Notes under the pieces: model-generated | Seen by the model: the letters and a program-made list of their open reading frames with translations, nothing else | Told to the model about the DNA's origin: nothing | Databases searched by the model: none | Origin: an uncultured Alphaproteobacteria bacterium | GTDB lineage: Bacteria; Pseudomonadota; Alphaproteobacteria; Geminicoccales; Geminicoccaceae | Reading direction: 5' to 3' | Length of the DNA: 64,000 nt | Assembly: GCA_963828215.1 (NCBI GenBank) | Contig: CAWHFO010000047.1 | Span: forward strand, 32,915 to 96,914 | In this document: positions 8,296 to 17,557 of the stretch, one piece after another | Layout of the letters: each line of letters opens with the position of its first letter | Position numbering within the stretch: the first letter of the stretch is position 1 | Made by a program: the position numbers and the translations under genes

Positions 8296-9201
8296 ATGGA
8301 ACCCGTCGCGTCGATCGGCCGAGAGCGGACTCTGCCCGAAGGGGCGGCGGTTCTCGAGCTGCTGAAGCCGATCACCTGGTTCCCGCCGATGTGGGCGTTC
8401 GGGTGCGGCGTGGTCTCCTCCGGCCTTCCGATCGGAGGGCGCTGGCCCATCGTGATCGCGGGCGTGCTGCTGGCCGGGCCGCTGGTCTGCGCGACCAGCC
8501 AGGCGGTCAACGACTGGTTCGATCGTCATGTCGACGCCATCAACGAGCCGCGCCGGCCGATCCCCTCGGGGCGCGTGCCCGGCCGCTGGGGCCTCCATAT
8601 CGCGATCGGCTGGACCGTCCTCTCCCTGCTGGTCGCGACCGCGCTCGGGCCGTGGGGCTTCGGCGCGGCCGTCCTGGGCCTGGCGCTGGCCTGGGCCTAC
8701 AGCGCCCCGCCGCTCCGCCTCAAGCGCAACGGCTGGTGGGGCAACAGCGCCGTCGCCGCCTGCTACGAGGGCCTGCCCTGGTTCACCGGGGCCGCGGTGA
8801 TGGCCGCCACGCGGCCGGACTGGCGCATCGTCCTGACCGCCCTGATCTACAGCGCCGGTGCCCACGGCATCATGACCCTCAACGACTTCAAGTCGGTCGA
8901 GGGCGATCTCCGCACGGGGATCGGCTCGCTGCCGGCGCGGCTCGGCGTCGAGCCCGCGGCGCGCGTCGCCTGCGTCTTCATGGCCGTGCCGCAGATCGTC
9001 GTCGTCGGGCTGCTGGCCGCCTGGGGCCGGCCCCTCCACGCCCTGGCGGTGGGCCTGCTGCTGCTGGCGCAGCTCGGGCTGATGGTCCGCCTGCTCCGGC
9101 GCCCCCGCGACCTGGCCCCCTGGTACAACGCCACCGGCACCAGCCTCTACGTGCTCGGCATGCTGGTCAGCGCCTTCGCCCTGGCCGCGCTGGTGGCCTG
9201 A
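8296..9201 (+). CDS. bchG: Bacteriochlorophyll synthase (UbiA-family prenyltransferase)
   Basis: Motifs are LELLKPITWFPPMWAFGCGVV, NDWFDRHVDAINEPRRPIPSG and MTLNDFKSVEGD. The stop overlaps the next start (TGATG). Confidence 0.9.
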   Translation: MEPVASIGRERTLPEGAAVLELLKPITWFPPMWAFGCGVVSSGLPIGGRWPIVIAGVLLAGPLVCATSQAVNDWFDRHVDAINEPRRPIPSGRVPGRWGLHIAIGWTVLSLLVATALGPWGFGAAVLGLALAWAYSAPPLRLKRNGWWGNSAVAACYEGLPWFTGAAVMAATRPDWRIVLTALIYSAGAHGIMTLNDFKSVEGDLRTGIGSLPARLGVEPAARVACVFMAVPQIVVVGLLAAWGRPLHALAVGLLLLAQLGLMVRLLRRPRDLAPWYNATGTSLYVLGMLVSAFALAALVA

Positions 9202-10559
9202 TGGGCACCACCGCCCCTTTCGGCTGGCTGGGCATCGTCCGCCTCGGTCTGGTCCAGACCGCGCTCGGCGCGATCGTGGTGTTGACCACCTCGACCATGA
9301 ACCGGGTGATGGTGGTCGAGCTGGCGCTGCCCGCCGCCCTGCCCGGCGCGCTGGTGGCCCTGCACTACGCCGTGCAGATGCTGCGGCCGCGCCTGGGCTA
9401 CGGCTCCGATGTCGGCGGCCGCCCCACGCGCTGGATCGTGGGCGGCATGGCGGCGCTCGCCGCGGGCGGGATCGGCGCCGCCCTGGCCACCGCCTGGATG
9501 GGCGTCGCCCCCGCCGCCGGCATCGCGCTCGCGACGCTGGCCTTCATCCTGATCGGCGTCGGCGTCGGCGCCTCGGGCACGACCCTCCTGGCCCTTCTGG
9601 CCGAGCGGGTCGATCCCGCCCGGCGCGCCGCCGCCGCGACCATCGTCTGGCTGATGATGATCGCCGGCATGGCGATCACCGCGACGCTCGCCGGCGGCTT
9701 CCTCGAGCCCTTCTCGCCGATGCGCCTGGTCGGGGTGACCGCGACCGTCGCCGGCGCCGCTTTCGTGCTCGCGCTGCTCGCCGTGTGGGGGGTCGAGGGC
9801 GACGCCGGGCGCTCCCTGCCCGCCCCCCGCCCCGCGCCGCCGCCAGCCCCCTTCGGCCGCGCCCTGGGGCGGGTCTGGGCCGATCCGACGGCGCGGCGCT
9901 TCACGATTTTCGTCTTCGTCTCGATGCTCGCCTACAGCGCCCAGGACCTGATCCTGGAGCCGTTCGCCGGGCTGGTCTTCGGCCTCGACCCGGGCCGGTC
10001 GACGAGGCTCGGCGGCATCCAGCACGGCGGCGTCCTGGCCGGCATGATCCTGGTCGCGGTCGCCGCCGGCCCGGCCGGCGGCCCCCGGCTCGGCTCGCTG
10101 CGCGGCTGGGCGGTCGGCGGCTGCATCGCGTCGGCCGCCGCGCTCGGCGCCATCGCGATCGGCGGGTTCCTGGCGCCGGCCTGGCCGCTGCGGGCGTCGG
10201 TCTTCGTCCTCGGCCTCGCCAACGGTGCCTTCGCGGTCGCCGCGATCGGCTCGATGATGGGCCTGGCCGGCGCCGGCGGACCGCGGAGCCCGGGGCTGCG
10301 GATGGGCCTGTTCGGGGCCGCCCAGGCGATCGCCTTCGGTCTCGGCGGGCTGCTCGGCACGGTCGGGGTCGACCTCGCCGGGCGTCTGCTCGCCGCCCCG
10401 GCCCCGGCCTATGCCCTGGTGTTCGCCGGCGAGGCGCTGATGTTCCTGGTCGCCGCGGGCCTCGCCGCGGACGTCGGCCGGAGCCCGCGTGACCAGGAGG
10501 GACGCGCCAGCCCGGGCACCGCCGCGGCGTGCCCCCGCCCGAGGGATGGGCGTCGCCGC
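9201..10559 (+). CDS. lhaA: LhaA/PucC-family (BCD/MFS) light-harvesting assembly protein; no stop codon before bchP in this sequence
   Basis: The sequence reads MGTTAPFGWLGIVRLGLVQTALGAIVVLTTSTMNRVMVVELALPA... with about 12 hydrophobic segments. The frame runs straight into the bchP ATG at 10560. Confidence 0.8.
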
Positions 10560-11765
10560 ATGACCCCGACCGACCCGGTCGAGACGTTCGACGCGGTGGT
10601 CGTCGGCGGCGGGCCGGCCGGGGCCACGGCCGCCATGGAGCTGGCCCGCCGCGGCCGCAGCGTGCTGCTGCTCGATCGGGGAGGCCGGATCAAGCCCTGC
10701 GGCGGCGCCATCCCGCCCCGCCTGATCGAGGATTTCGAGATACCGGACGCCCTGCTCGTGGCCCGGGTCACGTCCGCCAGGATGATCGCGCCGTCCGCCC
10801 GCGCCGTCCACATGCCGATCGGGGACGGCTTCGTGGGGATGGTCGACCGGGAGGTGTTCGACGAGTGGCTGCGCGAGCGTGCCGCCGGCGAGGGTGCCGT
10901 GCGCCGCCGCGGCACCTTCGAGAGCCTCGACCGCGACCGCTCCGGCCGGCCGATCGTGCGCTACCGGGCGCGCTCGGCTGCCCGGGAGGGGGCGACCGCC
11001 TCCGTGCGTGCCCGCGTCGTGATCGGCGCCGACGGTGCCAACTCGGCGGTCGCCCGACTGGCGCTGCCGGAGGCTCGCACGCCGTTCGTCTTCGCCTACC
11101 ACGAGATCGTGCGGACGCCGACCGGAAGCGAGGCCGGCTTCGTCGGCGACCGCTGCGACGTCTACTATCAGGGCGCCATCTCGCCGGACTTCTACGGCTG
11201 GATCTTTCCTCACGGCGCCACCGCGAGCGTCGGCATGGGCACGGCGCTCAAGGGCTTTCCTCTGCGGGGCGCGGTGTCGGCATTGCGGGAGGCGGCCGGC
11301 CTCGCCGGGGTCGAGACCATCCGCCGCGAGGGCGCTCCGATTCCGCTCCGGCCGCTGCCGCGCTGGGACAATGGCCGGGACGTCGTGCTGGCCGGGGATG
11401 CGGCGGGCGTGGTGGCGCCCGCCTCGGGCGAGGGCATCTACTATGCCATGACCGCCGGGCGGCTCGCCGCCGAGGCGGTCGACGCCTTCTGCCGTGCCGG
11501 CGATGCCCGCGTCCTGCGCACGCCGCGCCGGCGCTTCATGCGGGCGCACGGGCAGGCCTTCTGGATCCTCGGCGTGATGCAGCGCTACTGGTACCGGAAC
11601 GACCGGCGGCGCGAGCACTTCGTCAGCATCTGCGGCGACCGGGACGTGCAGCGCCTGACCTGGGACGCCTACATGAACAAGCGGCTGTCGATGACCGACC
11701 CGATGGCTCACCTCCGCATCTTCTGCAAGAACGTCGGCCACATGACGGGCCTGATCGCGGCGTGA
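10560..11765 (+). CDS. bchP: Geranylgeranyl-bacteriochlorophyll/diphosphate reductase
   Basis: Motifs are FDAVVVGGGPAGATAA (FAD fold), GGRIKPCGGAIP, VIGADGANS, LAGDAAGVVAPASGEGIYYAM and the C-terminal RLTWDAYMNKRL. Confidence 0.9.
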   Translation: MTPTDPVETFDAVVVGGGPAGATAAMELARRGRSVLLLDRGGRIKPCGGAIPPRLIEDFEIPDALLVARVTSARMIAPSARAVHMPIGDGFVGMVDREVFDEWLRERAAGEGAVRRRGTFESLDRDRSGRPIVRYRARSAAREGATASVRARVVIGADGANSAVARLALPEARTPFVFAYHEIVRTPTGSEAGFVGDRCDVYYQGAISPDFYGWIFPHGATASVGMGTALKGFPLRGAVSALREAAGLAGVETIRREGAPIPLRPLPRWDNGRDVVLAGDAAGVVAPASGEGIYYAMTAGRLAAEAVDAFCRAGDARVLRTPRRRFMRAHGQAFWILGVMQRYWYRNDRRREHFVSICGDRDVQRLTWDAYMNKRLSMTDPMAHLRIFCKNVGHMTGLIAA

Positions 11766-11966
11766 CCGGCACGGCTCGGGCGCCTGGCGTCCAGGCCAGG
11801 GATGCTGCGGCGCAGGGCGGGCTGCAGGCCGCGCCGCATCCGGCGAGGGACCCCCGACGCGGCTTCGGCACCGGAAAACCCGGCCAGCGGCGGGTCCCGA
11901 CGCCTTGATCGAGGTTGGAACGGCTCTATAGTCGGTGTCATCTGAAGGATACGGGAGCAGGCGTCA

Positions 11967-12242
11967 GTGAGCGAAGACAATGGTGTCAAGATTTCCCGGC
12001 GGGTCGTTCTCCGTGGCGGTGCGGCGCTCGGCACCGCCGGGCTGGTGACCGGCGGGCTCGCCACGCGCGCCGTGGCCCAGGACGACAAGATCGACAAGGC
12101 GTCGGTGCTCTACCAGGACCAGCCCAAGAACGGTCAGGAGTGCGATCTCTGCATCAACTTCCAGCCGCCCAACGCCTGCAAGGTCGTGGCCGGCGACATC
12201 AGCCCCAAGGGCTGGTGCGGCGTGTTCGCGCCCAAGGCCTGA
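11967..12242 (+). CDS. High-potential iron-sulfur protein (HiPIP) with twin-arginine signal
   Basis: It has a GTG start with GGGAG 9 nt upstream. The Tat motif is SRRVVLRGGAALG. The Cys pattern CDLC...C...WC matches the HiPIP 4Fe-4S ligands. Confidence 0.85.
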   Translation: MSEDNGVKISRRVVLRGGAALGTAGLVTGGLATRAVAQDDKIDKASVLYQDQPKNGQECDLCINFQPPNACKVVAGDISPKGWCGVFAPKA

Positions 12243-12322
12243 GGGGAGCCCGCCGGTCGGCCGGTTCCGGCGAGGGGCCGAGCCGCGGGCGGGCGTCGCC
12301 TCCTCGCACCACCGGATGAGCG

Positions 12323-12604
12323 GTGAGCGATCTCTTCGCGACCGGACACATCGTCGACCTGATCCTCGGGCTCATGGTCCTCGAAGGGGTCGCGCTGCTC
12401 GCCTGCGGCGCCAGGGCGGGCGGGGGCCCTGCTCCGGGCGATCTCCTGATCGGGCTCGTGCCCGGGGCGCTTCTGCTCCTGGCCCTGCGCGGCGCGCTGG
12501 TGGCCTCGTGGTGGGGCTGGATCGCCCTCCTCCTGTTGGCAGCGCTCCTCGCCCACCTGGCGGATCTCCGGCGCCGCTGGCGGGACCGACCGCGGTCTCC
12601 CTGA
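12323..12604 (+). CDS. Small hypothetical membrane protein (3 hydrophobic helices)
   Basis: The only evidence is the hydrophobic segments IVDLILGLMVLEGVALLA, LLIGLVPGALLLLAL and WIALLLLAALLA. No family was recognised. Confidence 0.35.
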   Translation: MSDLFATGHIVDLILGLMVLEGVALLACGARAGGGPAPGDLLIGLVPGALLLLALRGALVASWWGWIALLLLAALLAHLADLRRRWRDRPRSP

Positions 12605-12658
12605 TCCGTGCGGACCCCGCAGGACGGCCCGCCGGCCGCGAGGCGAGCCCGTCGCCGA

Positions 12659-13126
12659 TCAGGACTTGCTGAAGACCAGGGTGACCTGGCCGAGCAGGAT
12701 GGCGAGCTTGCTGACGGTCGAGCGATTGATGACCACGCCGTCGCCCTGCAGCAGCATCCAGTCGTCGAAGTGGACCCGCCAGGTGCGATCGCCGATCGCG
12801 AGGCGCATGTCGTATGCCCAGTGCACGGCATTGCCGCGCGCCTCGCCGATGGCGACGCCCAGAACATCGTCGGCGCGCCCTTCGTAGCGCCCGTCGCCGA
12901 CCCGCGTGATCCGCCAGACGCGGCGAGACTCCTCGCCGTCGGCGTAGACGAAGTCCTCGACCAGCGTCAGCTCCCGACCGTCGAGCCTGCCCTCGATGTC
13001 GACCCTGAACTGGCGGCGCACGCGGCCGAAGCGATCCTCGAACAGGCCCCAGGCCCGGGTCCGCCCCTGAAAATACGCCTCCGGCCGCAGGGAAGGGCTG
13101 CCGGTCGCGAAATCGTCGAGCTTCAT
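12659..13126 (-). CDS. DUF3833-family protein
   Basis: The sequence MKLDDFATGSPSLRPEAYFQGRTRAWGLFEDRFGRVRRQFRVDIEG...WRVHFDDWMLLQGDGVVINR matches my recollection of DUF3833. The start is taken at ATG 13126. Confidence 0.6.
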   Translation of the reverse strand: MKLDDFATGSPSLRPEAYFQGRTRAWGLFEDRFGRVRRQFRVDIEGRLDGRELTLVEDFVYADGEESRRVWRITRVGDGRYEGRADDVLGVAIGEARGNAVHWAYDMRLAIGDRTWRVHFDDWMLLQGDGVVINRSTVSKLAILLGQVTLVFSKS

Positions 13127-13461
13127 GACCCTGCAGCCATCCGTCGATGAGGCGAAGACGCGCGCGCATTCCCCCGGACCTCTCGTTATACGGCTCCCGG
13201 CAAGGCGCGGATCGCCGCCGGAGACGGATCGGCGGGCGCCGAGCGGCGCTCTGCCGGCGCGTCGTCGGGCCACGGACCGCGCTGGTCGGGTTCGCGGATG
13301 GCGACCTCGGGGAAGCTGCCCGCCGCCCGCCGCCTGGGACCGAGATCAACCTCGGGTATATGGTATTGCCTTTCCTCATCCCCCGGTATAGTTGACCCTT
13401 CCATTCGACGAACCCACAGCGCCGGCTCGCCAGGCCGGCTTCAGCATGCGGGAGAAGAAAA

Positions 13462-15052
13462 ATGCTGATCGCGAGGGATGTCGCCCGGCGTTGGTCAGGC
13501 ACGGCAACGGGCCTCGGCACCTTGGCCTTGGCCGCCATGCTCGTGCTGCCGCCCGGGACGGGCAGCCAGGCCGCGTCCTGCCGGAGCTGGACCCGCTCCG
13601 GCAGCGGCCAGTGGGTATGCCGCACCCCGAGCCCGCCCCCGGCACCCGCTCCCGACCCCGCCCCCGACCCGCCGGCGGAACTCCGGCACGGGAGCGGGCT
13701 CGACGGCGGGGGATGACGGGACTACCGCCCCGGCCTCGGGCCCGGTGAAGGCCTTCCCGACGGCGGAGGGTTTCGGTGCCCAGGCCGTCGGTGGACGCGG
13801 CGGCATCGTCATGCAGGTGACGACCCTCGCCGACAGCGGGCCGGGAAGCCTCCGCGCCTGCGTCGCCGCCAACGTGCCGCGGACCTGCGTCTTCCGCGTC
13901 GGCGGCAGCATCACGGTCCAGAGCCAGATGTCCCTGGGCGGGGGCTACCTGACGATCGCGGGCCAGACCGCCCCGGGCGGCGGCATCCTGCTGCGCGCTG
14001 CCAGCAACATGGCGCCGGGCGCCCTGCTACGGATCAACAGGAACGACGTGATCCTCCGCTACATGCGGTTCCGGCGCGGCGCCTCGGGCGCGGCCGACGC
14101 CGACGCCAACGACAGCCTGCAGCTCCTGAACGCGACCAACGTCATGCTCGACCACGTCTCGGTGAGCTGGGGAGTCGACGAGGACCTGGGGCTCGGCAAC
14201 TCCTCGAACGTCACCGTGCAATGGTCGATCATCTCGGAAGGCCTCTATCACAGCAACCACCCCAAGGGCCCCCACAGCATGGGGGTGCTGCTCTACGAGG
14301 ACCAGAACGTCTCCGTCCACCACAACATCTTCGCCCACAACCAGGAGCGGAATCCCCGCGTCAAGGTGGTCGGCATCGCCGACATCGTGAACAACCTCAT
14401 CTACAACTCGGGCACCGAGCCGGTCATCATCGGTGACGATTTCGGCCATGCCCAGATCAATTTCGTGGGCAATACCTACCGCAAGGGCATGAACTCGCCG
14501 TCGAGCAACTATACGGTGCGGGCGGTGCCCGTGGCCGGCGGCGGCGGGATCGAGGTCTTCGCGACCGGCAACGACGTGCCCGGCGGCGTCGGGCCCGTCC
14601 GCGAGACGCAGTATGTGGTGGGAGCCCGCTTCGCGGCCCCGCAGGTCGCGACCCAGGCGGCCGCGACCGCCTATGCGAGCGTGACGGCCCAGGCGGGCGC
14701 CCTGCCGCACGACGCGGTGGACCTCCGCATCCTCGACGAGATCGCCAAGGGCAAGGGCCGGATCATCGACAGCCCCGCCGACGTCGGCGGCTGGCCGGTC
14801 GTCGCCAGCGGCTCGCCCTATCCCGACAACGACCAGGACGGCATGTCCGACAGCTGGGAGCTGGCCCATGGCCTCAACCCCGCCTCGGCCGCCGACCGCA
14901 ACGACGACCGGGACGGGGACGGCTACACGAACCTCGAGGAGTTCCTGAACAGCCTGCCGGCCCAGGGCGGATCCTCAGTCCTCCCCGGCCGGACCTCGCC
15001 CGCCCTGCCGCCCGGCCCGTCTCGGGCGGCAGGAGCCGGGCGGCTCATTTGA
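13462..15052 (+). CDS. Secreted pectate-lyase-fold (PL1-like, right-handed beta-helix) polysaccharide lyase with C-terminal Ca-binding-type Asp repeats; frame break near 13681
   Basis: The signal peptide and Pro-rich linker (MLIARDV...LALAAMLVLPPG...PAPAPDPAPDPP) are in one frame. FPTAEGFGAQAVGGRGG, VMLDHVSVSWGVDE, HNIFAHNQERNPRVK and DNDQDGMSDSWE...DRDGDGYTNLEEF are in listed ORF 13478-15052. Confidence 0.7.
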
Positions 15053-17306
15053 CGTAGTATTTCTTCAGGTTCTTGTAGTAGTTGGCGCCGTCCTCGTTCT
15101 CGTAATACATGTAGTAGCGGGGATCGACGCGCAGGAGAACGAAGCCGGCGATGTGGGCGTGCGCGTCCCGCAGGAGCTGGAGCGTCCGCCGCACCGCCGA
15201 GAGCGGCGTCCACCGCCACTGGGTGGCGATGACGACGGTGTCCGCGAGCTGGCTCGCCACCCGCCCGTCGCTGACCGCGAGGATCGGGGCGCTGTCGATG
15301 ACGATCAGGTCGTAGCGGCCGCGCAACGTCTCGACGAGGCGCCGGGCGCGGGGATCGCCGATCAGGCCGGACGGGTTGGTCGGCCGCCTCACCACGCCGA
15401 TGAGGTCGAAGCCGGCCGCGGTGCGCTCCAGCGCCTCCTCGAGCGCCACCTCCTCGTTGACCAGCTCGGCGATGCCGGCGCGGAGCCGCTGCTGCACCGT
15501 CTCGGCCACGCTCGGATGGCGGAGATCGAGATCGATGACCAGGACCCGCTGACCCCATTGGGCGGCGACCGCCGCGAGGCTCACGACGAAGGTCGACTTG
15601 CCCTCCGAGGCCAGGGCGGACGCGACCATCACGACCGGCGGTCGATCGGACGGCAGGGACAGGCGGAGCGTCGCGTAGACGGACCGCATGCCCTCCGCAT
15701 AGGCCGAGCGGGGCCGCTCGAAGAGATGGCGGAGGATGCGGCGCGAGCGGCCGCCGGCCGCCACATGGGGCACCGCCTCGAGGACCCGCACGCCGAAGGC
15801 GCGCTCGAGCTGGCGGGCGCTCCGCACCCGACGGTCGATGCCCTCGAGGACCAGCGCCAGGAGGGTGCTGCCGGCGAAGGACGCGGTGAGCCCGAGAAAC
15901 GCGAACAGGCGCGAGCTCAGCGAGCTGGGCTCCGACGGCGGCTTGGCGTAGGCGAGGACGCGGGCGTCCGGCTCGATGATGCCCTGCTGGTCGCTGATCT
16001 CCTTGTAGTACTCGCGGAAGATCTGGGCGAGCTGGCGATTGGAGTCGGCCTCGGTCTCGAGCTCGCTCAGCCCGACCTCCGTCACGTCCCGCCGCTGCTG
16101 ATCCGTCTCGAACGACTTCATCTGCTCCTGGATGTTGGCGATCTTGGCCTGCTCGATGTGCATCTGGCTCTCGAGGTCGAAGCGCAGGCGGCTCACCTCC
16201 TCCGCGATCTTGGTCGTCAGACCGGCCTTCTCGTTCTCCAGGAGCAGGATCTGCGGGTGGCGCGGGCCGTAGGTGGCGGAGAGGTCGGCCTGACGGCGCT
16301 GGAGATCGAGCTCCTGCTCGCGAAGGGTGATCAGCATCGGCGAGGAGAACATGCCGACCAACGCGTCGATGTCGGAGCGCTTCTGCAGCTGGGCCACGAT
16401 CGCCGCCTTCGACTGCAGGGCGGAGAGCTGCGCCGTGGAGTCGGCGAGCTGCCCGCGCAGGTTGGTCAGCTGATCTTCGTCGGCCCGGCCGGTCCCGATC
16501 TTGGTCAGGCCCTGATCGACCCGGTACTCGGCGACCTTGTGCTCCGAGGCGTGGACCATCCGCGCGAGGTCGGCCAGGCGCCCGCTGACCCAGCGCCCGA
16601 CGCGGTCCGCGTCCTCGACCTTGGCCCGGAAGAGGTCGGCCACATAGAGGTCGGCGGCCCGGTTGGCCACCTCGGCCGCCCTGGTCGGGTCGGGATAGGT
16701 GAAGCTGATGTTGATGACCTGCGAGGTATCCGCCTGGCGCACCACGAATCGCCGGGCGAACTCGTCGAGGGCCCGCTCCTCCGCCGCCGGATCGGGCTCG
16801 GCCGTGTCCGCGTGGAGCATCTCGGGCAGCTCGTCGGCGAACCCCGTGGCCGTCAGCCATCGCGTCGGGATGTCCTTGATCGTCTGGCTCAGCCAGGGCG
16901 GCACGAAGCGATCCAGCGGCGAGCGGTCGGTCGACTTGCCGAGCACCGGATCGTCCTCGAGATGCAGGTCCTGGACGACATCGGCCATCTGCTCCCGCGA
17001 CTTGATGACGTTGACCTGGGTGGTGAGCGTCACCGCGTCCGTGTCCAGGGGCTGGGCCGCGGACTTGATGCCGGCGATGGGCGTCTTGCGGGGATCGATG
17101 ATCAGGGCCGCCTGGGCCGTGAATTGCGGCTCGCGGCTCACCGCGATCGCGACGGCCACGAGGGTGCCCAGCACCGTCCCGACCCCGATCAGCCAGCGCC
17201 GACGCCGGAAGAGGAGGAGGAGGTCGCGGAGGTTGGCGACCGGACGCTCCGGCCCGCCCTCGTCCGTCCCGGCCTTTCCGGGCTTGGGAGGAAACATATC
17301 GTTCAT
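15045..17306 (-). CDS. Polysaccharide co-polymerase / tyrosine autokinase (ExoP/Wzc/GumC-like)
   Basis: It has an N-terminal Wzz-type domain with a TM segment (RRRWLIGVGTVLGTLVAVAIA) and a long coiled coil. The C-terminal P-loop domain has VVMVASALASEGKSTFVVSLA and YDLIVIDSAPILAVSD. Confidence 0.85.
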   Translation of the reverse strand: MNDMFPPKPGKAGTDEGGPERPVANLRDLLLLFRRRRWLIGVGTVLGTLVAVAIAVSREPQFTAQAALIIDPRKTPIAGIKSAAQPLDTDAVTLTTQVNVIKSREQMADVVQDLHLEDDPVLGKSTDRSPLDRFVPPWLSQTIKDIPTRWLTATGFADELPEMLHADTAEPDPAAEERALDEFARRFVVRQADTSQVINISFTYPDPTRAAEVANRAADLYVADLFRAKVEDADRVGRWVSGRLADLARMVHASEHKVAEYRVDQGLTKIGTGRADEDQLTNLRGQLADSTAQLSALQSKAAIVAQLQKRSDIDALVGMFSSPMLITLREQELDLQRRQADLSATYGPRHPQILLLENEKAGLTTKIAEEVSRLRFDLESQMHIEQAKIANIQEQMKSFETDQQRRDVTEVGLSELETEADSNRQLAQIFREYYKEISDQQGIIEPDARVLAYAKPPSEPSSLSSRLFAFLGLTASFAGSTLLALVLEGIDRRVRSARQLERAFGVRVLEAVPHVAAGGRSRRILRHLFERPRSAYAEGMRSVYATLRLSLPSDRPPVVMVASALASEGKSTFVVSLAAVAAQWGQRVLVIDLDLRHPSVAETVQQRLRAGIAELVNEEVALEEALERTAAGFDLIGVVRRPTNPSGLIGDPRARRLVETLRGRYDLIVIDSAPILAVSDGRVASQLADTVVIATQWRWTPLSAVRRTLQLLRDAHAHIAGFVLLRVDPRYYMYYENEDGANYYKNLKKYYVK

Positions 17307-17557
17307 TGAATGACGCCCGCCCTTGGTGCCGAACCGTGCCATCGCCCGAGCCCGCATTATAGGCGATTGCACCGGGCCGAAAAGATGCTACGCAGATCTG
17401 GATGGTACGTGGCTCGTTATTGTTAACCACTATGGCGAACGAAGCCGCAGAGTGGTTCATCTTGAAATTCTATGCTCGTGGCAAGCGTTCATCTCCAAGC
17501 TGAAAAGCGGCGCGGTCAACTCTCTTGGCGGGCGGCAACTGACGGGCGGAGCGCGTG
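17307..17557. promoter_or_regulatory. AT-richer divergent intergenic region between exoP-like and asnB-like genes
   Basis: There is a visible GC drop (ttattgttaaccactatgg, catcttgaaattctatgc) between two divergently transcribed operons. No specific promoter motif is asserted. Confidence 0.3.

Noticed and set aside
9147-11741. Long antisense ORFs opposite real genes. Examples are 9147-11741, 14923-17460, 17516-19429, 30698-31993, 39994-41898, 59992-61503, 61238-62992 and 36856-38013.
   Set aside because: The translations are low-complexity Arg/Gly/Pro/Ala/Asp strings with no motifs. Each lies opposite a gene with clear family signatures. These are shadow ORFs expected at about 70% GC.
8274-11765. 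A listed 1163-aa ORF that could be read as one giant protein
   Set aside because: Its first ~900 nt are an out-of-frame overlap of bchG with Arg/Pro/Ala-rich nonsense. Only the parts from 9201 (lhaA-like) and 10560 (bchP) carry recognisable sequence.
11925-11950. TGT-N12-ACG (TGTCATCTGAAGGATACG) upstream of the HiPIP gene as a second PpsR operator
   Set aside because: Apart from the outer TGT/ACG there is no internal dyad symmetry. It also overlaps the ribosome-binding region, so it is compatible with chance.
12243-12322. GC-rich dyad (cgccgg...ccggcg) after the HiPIP gene as an intrinsic terminator
   Set aside because: The stem is short, the loop is 10 nt and there is no T-tract. Such dyads are frequent in GC-rich sequence.
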